64,000 nt of DNA, taken from Geopsychrobacteraceae bacterium. GTDB taxonomy: Bacteria; Desulfobacterota; Desulfuromonadia; Desulfuromonadales; Geopsychrobacteraceae. The stretch is taken from the NCBI GenBank assembly GCA_963676795.2, contig CAXXTB010000001.1:96001-160000 (forward strand), given 5' to 3'. The translations under genes and the position numbers were made by a program. Positions 59,619-64,000 of this stretch are shown here, piece after piece. Below the pieces are notes generated by a model. It saw nothing but the letters and a program-made list of their open reading frames with translations. It had not been told where the DNA came from and searched no databases. Each line of letters begins with the position of its first letter. Position 1 is the first letter of the stretch.

Positions 59619-61103
59619 TTAGTGGAAATCGGTGAAGTGATGCGCGTTGATCCACAGGTGGGCGAGGATGCTGACGGCATAGCCGAGAGCGACAGCCCAG
59701 GTCCACTTGAGGTGGTTGGCGAAGGTGTAGATGCCACGGGCGGTCCCCATCAGGGCGACACCGGCCGCCGAACCGATCGACAGCAGCGAGCCACCAACCC
59801 CGGCGGTCAGGGTAACGAGCAGCCACTGGCCGTGGGACATGTGCGGATCCATGGTCAGAACAGCAAACATGACCGGGATGTTGTCAACAATCGCCGAGAG
59901 GATACCAACCAATACGTTGGCCCAGGTCGGTCCAAGCTGGGTATACATGGCATGGGAGGCCACCGCCAGGTAACCGAACTGGCCCAAACCACCGACACAG
60001 AGTACAACACCGTAGAAGAACAACAGGGTATCCCACTCAGCACGAGCAATTTTACGGAACAGGTCGAAACCTGGGACAGCATGACCCGCCTGGCCATGGC
60101 CCCCGTCTACATGCTCATCCGGGTTATGTCCTACCATATCAAGGGGTTGATCACCGGTCCCCAGACGGTGCTCCTTCTTCTTGATATAGAAGCTGAACAG
60201 GCCGAGGTAACCGAGACCGAGCATCATACCTGTGGCCGGCGGCAGGTGCAGGAAGTTATGGAAGGAAACCGCGGTGCAGATGGTACAGAGGAACAGGACC
60301 ATGATACGCTTGGCACCGAATTTCATCCGAACTGTCTCGCCCAGTGCGGCAGGGCGCTCCTTGGCGACAGCGAAGCTCATGATGATGGCAGGAACCAGCC
60401 AGTTGATCAGCGACGGAACAAAGAGAACGAAAAACTCGATGAAGTCGACCTTCCCCTTCTGCCAGACCATCAGGGTGGTGATATCACCGAACGGCGAGAA
60501 GGCGCCACCGGCGTTGGCGCCGACAACGATGTTGATACAGGCGACGATCAGGAACTTCTTGTTGTTTCCGGCAACAGCCATGGCCACAGCGCCCATCAGC
60601 AGGGCGGTGGTCAGATTGTCGGCGATCGGCGAGATGACAAAGGCGAGAGCACCGGTGACCCAGAAAACGGTGCGCAGGGTGAAACCGCGACTGACCAGCC
60701 AGGCACGCAGGGCCTGGAAGACGTTGCGCTCATCCATGGCGTTGATATAGGTCATGGCGACCAGCAGGAAGAGGAACAGCTCGGCATATTCGAGCAGGTT
60801 GTGGCGGATCGCCTCCTCGGCCATGAGCGGATGGCCCAGCCCTTTGAGGGTCACAGCAACCAGCACCCAGATAACACCGGCAGCAAACAGGACCGGCTTA
60901 CTCTTGCGCATATGCAGCTGCTCTTCGAAGATAACGAAGATATAGGCCACGACAAACAGGATCAGGGCGATGATGCCGGCAGCCGTTCCGGTCAGATTGA
61001 GAACCTCGTGGGCTGCGCCTTGCGCTGCTTCTTCACCGCCACTGGCAAAAACCGGGGCGGCCACCACCATCAACAACAGATTGACCAATGCAAAAATCTT
61101 CAA
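59619..61103 (-). CDS. nhaD: NhaD-type Na+/H+ antiporter (paralog 1)
   Basis: HMRKSKP, ADNLTTAL, ANAGGAFSPFGDITT, VDNIP, GGSLLSIGSAAGV; TTG start. Confidence 0.92.
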   Translation of the reverse strand: MKIFALVNLLLMVVAAPVFASGGEEAAQGAAHEVLNLTGTAAGIIALILFVVAYIFVIFEEQLHMRKSKPVLFAAGVIWVLVAVTLKGLGHPLMAEEAIRHNLLEYAELFLFLLVAMTYINAMDERNVFQALRAWLVSRGFTLRTVFWVTGALAFVISPIADNLTTALLMGAVAMAVAGNNKKFLIVACINIVVGANAGGAFSPFGDITTLMVWQKGKVDFIEFFVLFVPSLINWLVPAIIMSFAVAKERPAALGETVRMKFGAKRIMVLFLCTICTAVSFHNFLHLPPATGMMLGLGYLGLFSFYIKKKEHRLGTGDQPLDMVGHNPDEHVDGGHGQAGHAVPGFDLFRKIARAEWDTLLFFYGVVLCVGGLGQFGYLAVASHAMYTQLGPTWANVLVGILSAIVDNIPVMFAVLTMDPHMSHGQWLLVTLTAGVGGSLLSIGSAAGVALMGTARGIYTFANHLKWTWAVALGYAVSILAHLWINAHHFTDFH

Positions 61104-61149
61104 CTGAACACCTTCTCTTTCTTGAAATCTTTAGAAAAACTACCTCGAT

Positions 61150-61184
61150 AAAAACAAAAGACCCGATAGAAGAGCAAACGGGCT
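61150..61184 (-). terminator. Premature (leader) terminator upstream of nhaD
   Basis: Minus strand GCCCG-N13-CGGGT followed by CTTTTGTTTTT, about 47 nt before the start codon. Confidence 0.6.
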
Positions 61185-61332
61185 AATACTTCAGTACATA
61201 CAGATTATGCGAACACCTATACCAGCTTTTCTAAAAAGCACGCAGTAAAAAACCGTTTTAAAATCTGTTTGCGAGTAGCTGGCCTGAGCCCCAAAGGACA
61301 TCATTATCCGGATAGGCACCTATGAAGTGTTA
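61185..61332 (-). ncRNA. Candidate cation-sensing riboswitch / structured leader
   Basis: GGTGC-hairpin-ATG...CCT..GG..GGCCAG core, a long-range stem abutting the terminator, and location upstream of Na+/H+ antiporters. Family assignment is from memory and unverified. Confidence 0.4.
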
Positions 61333-61527
61333 CAAAAAAGGCGAATATATCAACCACTTCCATTCAATTAGAAGCGCGAAACAGCCCTTTTGGTCAATAT
61401 TTCAGAAAAAATCACCCAAACTGTTATCATGAGCCCGAAATAGGGGTCAATAGAATATTTCTCTTTGTGGTTTATTTTATTTTAAATGATATTTTATCCT
61501 TACATCTCCTGACAGGAGCAGATCCAG

Positions 61528-62316
61528 ATGAAACAGATCAGCTGTGCGGCAATTCAGTTCAACATTACTCCTGGCCATATCGACGGCAACCGGGACAAGG
61601 CCGTCGCTGCCTTGCGCAGGGTTGCCGAGCAGGGAGCAGAGCTGGCGGTTCTGCCCGAGATGTGGAGCAGCGGTTATGACTACCGCAACCTGACTGCCTT
61701 GGCTCAGGAGACACCAAGAGTATTGGAACGATTGTGCAGGGAAGCGGATCAGCTTCAATTGGTCATTGTCGGCAGTCTGCCGGAAACAGGCGAGAATGGC
61801 CAGATCTACAACAGCTCATATGTCGTCGATCGCGGTGCAATCAAGGCCAGCTACCGCAAGCTTCACCTCTTCTCGGCGATGCATGAAGATCGCTACCTGA
61901 GCCAAGGTGACCAGGCGGTCACGGTTAACAGCTCCGTCGGCAGACTGGGGTTGGCCATCTGCTACGACCTGCGCTTTCCGGAACTGTTTCGCAAGCTCGC
62001 CCTGGCCGGGGCAGAAATCATCTGTCTGCCGGCCGAATGGCCGAAACCGCGCCAGGAACACTGGAACATCCTGATTCGCGCCCGCGCCATAGAAAACCAA
62101 CTGTTTGTAGCGGCCGCCAACTGCTGCGGCATTCAGGGAAAACTCGACTTTTTCGGCTGCAGCCAGCTGATTTCACCGCAAGGGAATGCTCTCGCCATCG
62201 CCGGCGAAGAGGAGACCGAACTGATCGCTGAGTTCGACTTCAGTGAAATGAGTGAGTACCGCCAGCGGATCGATATTCTCAACGACCGCCGGGCCGATAT
62301 TTATGGTACGCCTTGA
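61528..62316 (+). CDS. Carbon-nitrogen hydrolase (nitrilase superfamily amidase)
   Basis: LPEMW, YRKLHLF, ICYDLRFPE catalytic E-K-C triad, RARAIENQ. Confidence 0.93.
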   Translation: MKQISCAAIQFNITPGHIDGNRDKAVAALRRVAEQGAELAVLPEMWSSGYDYRNLTALAQETPRVLERLCREADQLQLVIVGSLPETGENGQIYNSSYVVDRGAIKASYRKLHLFSAMHEDRYLSQGDQAVTVNSSVGRLGLAICYDLRFPELFRKLALAGAEIICLPAEWPKPRQEHWNILIRARAIENQLFVAAANCCGIQGKLDFFGCSQLISPQGNALAIAGEEETELIAEFDFSEMSEYRQRIDILNDRRADIYGTP

Positions 62317-62346
62317 GTGAAACAATAAAATCAAAAACTTGAGATG

Positions 62347-62406
62347 AACACCCCCCTCAATCCCCCCTATAAAATAGGGGGGAAGTGAGCTTGCGAGCAG
62401 GGGGGT
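62347..62406. repeat. Family A REP-like repeat, copy 6
   Basis: AACACCCCCCTCAATCCCCCCTATAAAATAGGGGGGAAGTGAGCTTGCGAGCAGGGGGGT. Confidence 0.9.
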
Positions 62407-62411
62407 ACGAA

Positions 62412-62753
62412 TTAATTCGCCATCGGCTGGGCCCGTTCACGGTAACGGGCGGGAACCTCCTTGAGACTGTCGGTAAAATGAATCTCACCGAAGTCATCAA
62501 CATAGAGGTAGCGCTTTAACTGCTCTTTGGCCGGTGAATTCTGGCTGTCGCCGATCAACCCCTCGACACTCTGGCCGGTACTGGCCGAGCCCGCAAACAG
62601 CCCGGTCAGGCGCTGGCGGAAATCGACATAAAACTCCTGGGTTTCTTTGAGCCCGGGTGCTGTCATCGTCAGGGCAAACATCATCCGGTCAAAACCGACG
62701 CAAATCGCCAGAATGACGAGGATCCAGAGGATAAATTTAATCAGTTTCAGCAT
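62412..62753 (-). CDS. Membrane-anchored hypothetical protein (DUF4124-like C-terminus)
   Basis: N-terminal TM helix; YLYVDDFGEIHFTD..VPARYR. Confidence 0.7.
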   Translation of the reverse strand: MLKLIKFILWILVILAICVGFDRMMFALTMTAPGLKETQEFYVDFRQRLTGLFAGSASTGQSVEGLIGDSQNSPAKEQLKRYLYVDDFGEIHFTDSLKEVPARYRERAQPMAN

Positions 62754-62903
62754 GAAAACTCCCTGATAAAGTCAGAATAATACTGACTAAAGTCGATAAT
62801 TACAAGCCGCTCTCCGCCCCACATGCAGGCGACTTCCATTTTCCCAGAGGATATGCCAGAATGCTCATTCGTTAATATAACTTCCGAAGGAGAAAGCGAT
62901 ATA

Positions 62904-63842
62904 ATGAGCGACACCGATTACGACGTAATTATCGTCGGGGGTGGGCCTGCCGGCATGACGGCCGGACTCTACGCCTCCCGAGCCTGTCTGAAGACGCTGC
63001 TGCTGGAAAAAATGATCATGGGTGGCCAGATCATGACAACAACCAAGATCGAAAACTGGCCCGGTTTTCCGGGGGGGATCGACGGCCCGGAACTGATGAG
63101 TCGCTTTCAGGAGCACTGCACCGAATTCGGTCTGGAAACTGGCTACGGGACGGTCGAAAAAATCATCGACAACGGAACCACCAAGACCCTGGTCGTCGAC
63201 GGTAAGGAAAAAACCTGCAAGGCTGTCATCGTCACAACCGGTGTCGTCGCCAGAAAACTTGGCGTTGAAAAAGAGACTGAACTGGTCGGCCGCGGCGTCT
63301 CCTACTGTGCGACCTGTGACGGCGCATTCTTCCGCAATGTACCGATCGCCGTTGTCGGCGGCGGTGACACCGCAGCCGAAGAGGCCCTGTTCCTGACCCG
63401 CTTCGCCAGCAAGGTCTACCTGATTCATCGCCGCGACAAGCTGCGCGCCACCAAAATCCTCCAGGATCGGGTCATGAACAACAGCAAGATCGAGGTCAAG
63501 TGGAACTCGGTCGTCGATGAACTGGAGTCCGACACCAGCGGCCTGACCGGCATCGTGCTGCGCAACACCGAAAGCGACGCCAAAGAATCGATCGAAGTCA
63601 GTGGTATGTTCGTCGCCGTCGGCGTGACCCCGACCACCGAATTGGTCAAAGGGCTGCTCACGCTCGATGACGAAGGCTATATCAAGGCAGGTGAAGATAC
63701 CCACACCAATATCAAAGGTATCTATGCGGCTGGAGACTGCCGGACCAATGTCCTCAAGCAGGTTTCGACAGCTGTCGGCGATGGTGCCATCGCCGCCATC
63801 ATGGCCGAAAAATACCTGGAAGAACTTGAATACCAAGAATAA
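62904..63842 (+). CDS. trxB: Thioredoxin reductase
   Basis: GGGPAG, GRGVSYCATCDG, GGGDTAAEEA, HRRD, AAGD; AAGGAG SD before ATG 62904. Confidence 0.97.
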   Translation: MSDTDYDVIIVGGGPAGMTAGLYASRACLKTLLLEKMIMGGQIMTTTKIENWPGFPGGIDGPELMSRFQEHCTEFGLETGYGTVEKIIDNGTTKTLVVDGKEKTCKAVIVTTGVVARKLGVEKETELVGRGVSYCATCDGAFFRNVPIAVVGGGDTAAEEALFLTRFASKVYLIHRRDKLRATKILQDRVMNNSKIEVKWNSVVDELESDTSGLTGIVLRNTESDAKESIEVSGMFVAVGVTPTTELVKGLLTLDDEGYIKAGEDTHTNIKGIYAAGDCRTNVLKQVSTAVGDGAIAAIMAEKYLEELEYQE

Positions 63843-63868
63843 TATCGATAATATATTAAGTACTCATT

Positions 63869-63901
63869 AGGGCTGAAGATAATGACTTCAGCCCTTTTTT
63901 T
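63869..63901 (+). terminator. Intrinsic terminator
   Basis: AGGGCTGAAG-N7-CTTCAGCCCT followed by a T-run. Confidence 0.85.
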
Positions 63902-63927
63902 AATTCAGCTCAGGGGAGGGGGACCGA

Positions 63928-64000
63928 ATGCTAGCAAGAGTACTTTCCGGCGCACTGATCGGTATCGATGCCTATCCGGTTGAGGTTGAGGTCGACATCG
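63928..64000 (+). CDS. YifB/ComM Mg-chelatase-like ATPase (5' end only)
   Basis: MLARVLSGALIGIDAYPVEVEVDI is a typical ComM N-terminus; GGAGG SD. Confidence 0.75.
   Translation, partial: MLARVLSGALIGIDAYPVEVEVDI

Noticed and set aside
59595..61151. 518-aa antisense ORF over nhaD, and similar long shadows over trxB, aroC, hemW, moeA and the 4Fe-4S gene
   Set aside because: They fully overlap confident genes on the other strand and are expected in high-GC3 DNA.
61185..61332. Lysine, cobalamin, fluoride or c-di-GMP riboswitch identity for the nhaD leader
   Set aside because: It starts with AGGTGC but lacks GAAAGG/GCCGAA (lysine), GGGAA/B12 box (cobalamin), GGCGATGG (fluoride) and GCAAA/GAAA (GEMM) elements.
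4891..62406. Repeat families as a CRISPR array or integron attC sites
   Set aside because: The copies are dispersed, there are no regular spacers, no cas or intI gene, and no RYYYAAC/GTTRRRY ends.

Overview
This is a chromosomal window from a GC-rich anaerobe. Gene content and protein style suggest Desulfuromonadales/Desulfobacterota (inference). It is mostly core and metabolic genes: uvrB, uppP-dedA, tRNA-Sec, minCDE, truC, a cold-shock gene, glnHPQ with an adjacent sigma54 two-component system, rtcB, a split feoB locus, mprF, Moco genes, rbgA, aroC, hrcA-grpE-dnaK-dnaJ with a perfect CIRCE, hemW, two tandem NhaD antiporters and trxB. Small accessory patches and several decayed genes are interspersed. 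I saw no integrase, transposase, prophage or CRISPR array. Three intergenic repeat families recur: a ~60 bp C/G-run palindrome (6 copies), a ~180 bp MITE-like element (3 copies) and CCCTCTCCC-type hairpins. The most interesting candidates are (1) a translationally coupled trio of a signal-peptide-less solute-binding protein, a HypB/UreG-like GTPase and a permease-less ABC ATPase upstream of Moco genes, (2) a probable prokaryotic pentameric ligand-gated ion channel, (3) a riboswitch-like leader with a premature terminator upstream of the nhaD pair, and (4) a sigma54 promoter, enhancer-like repeats and a long structured leader in front of glnH. All calls come from motif recognition only; no searches were run.
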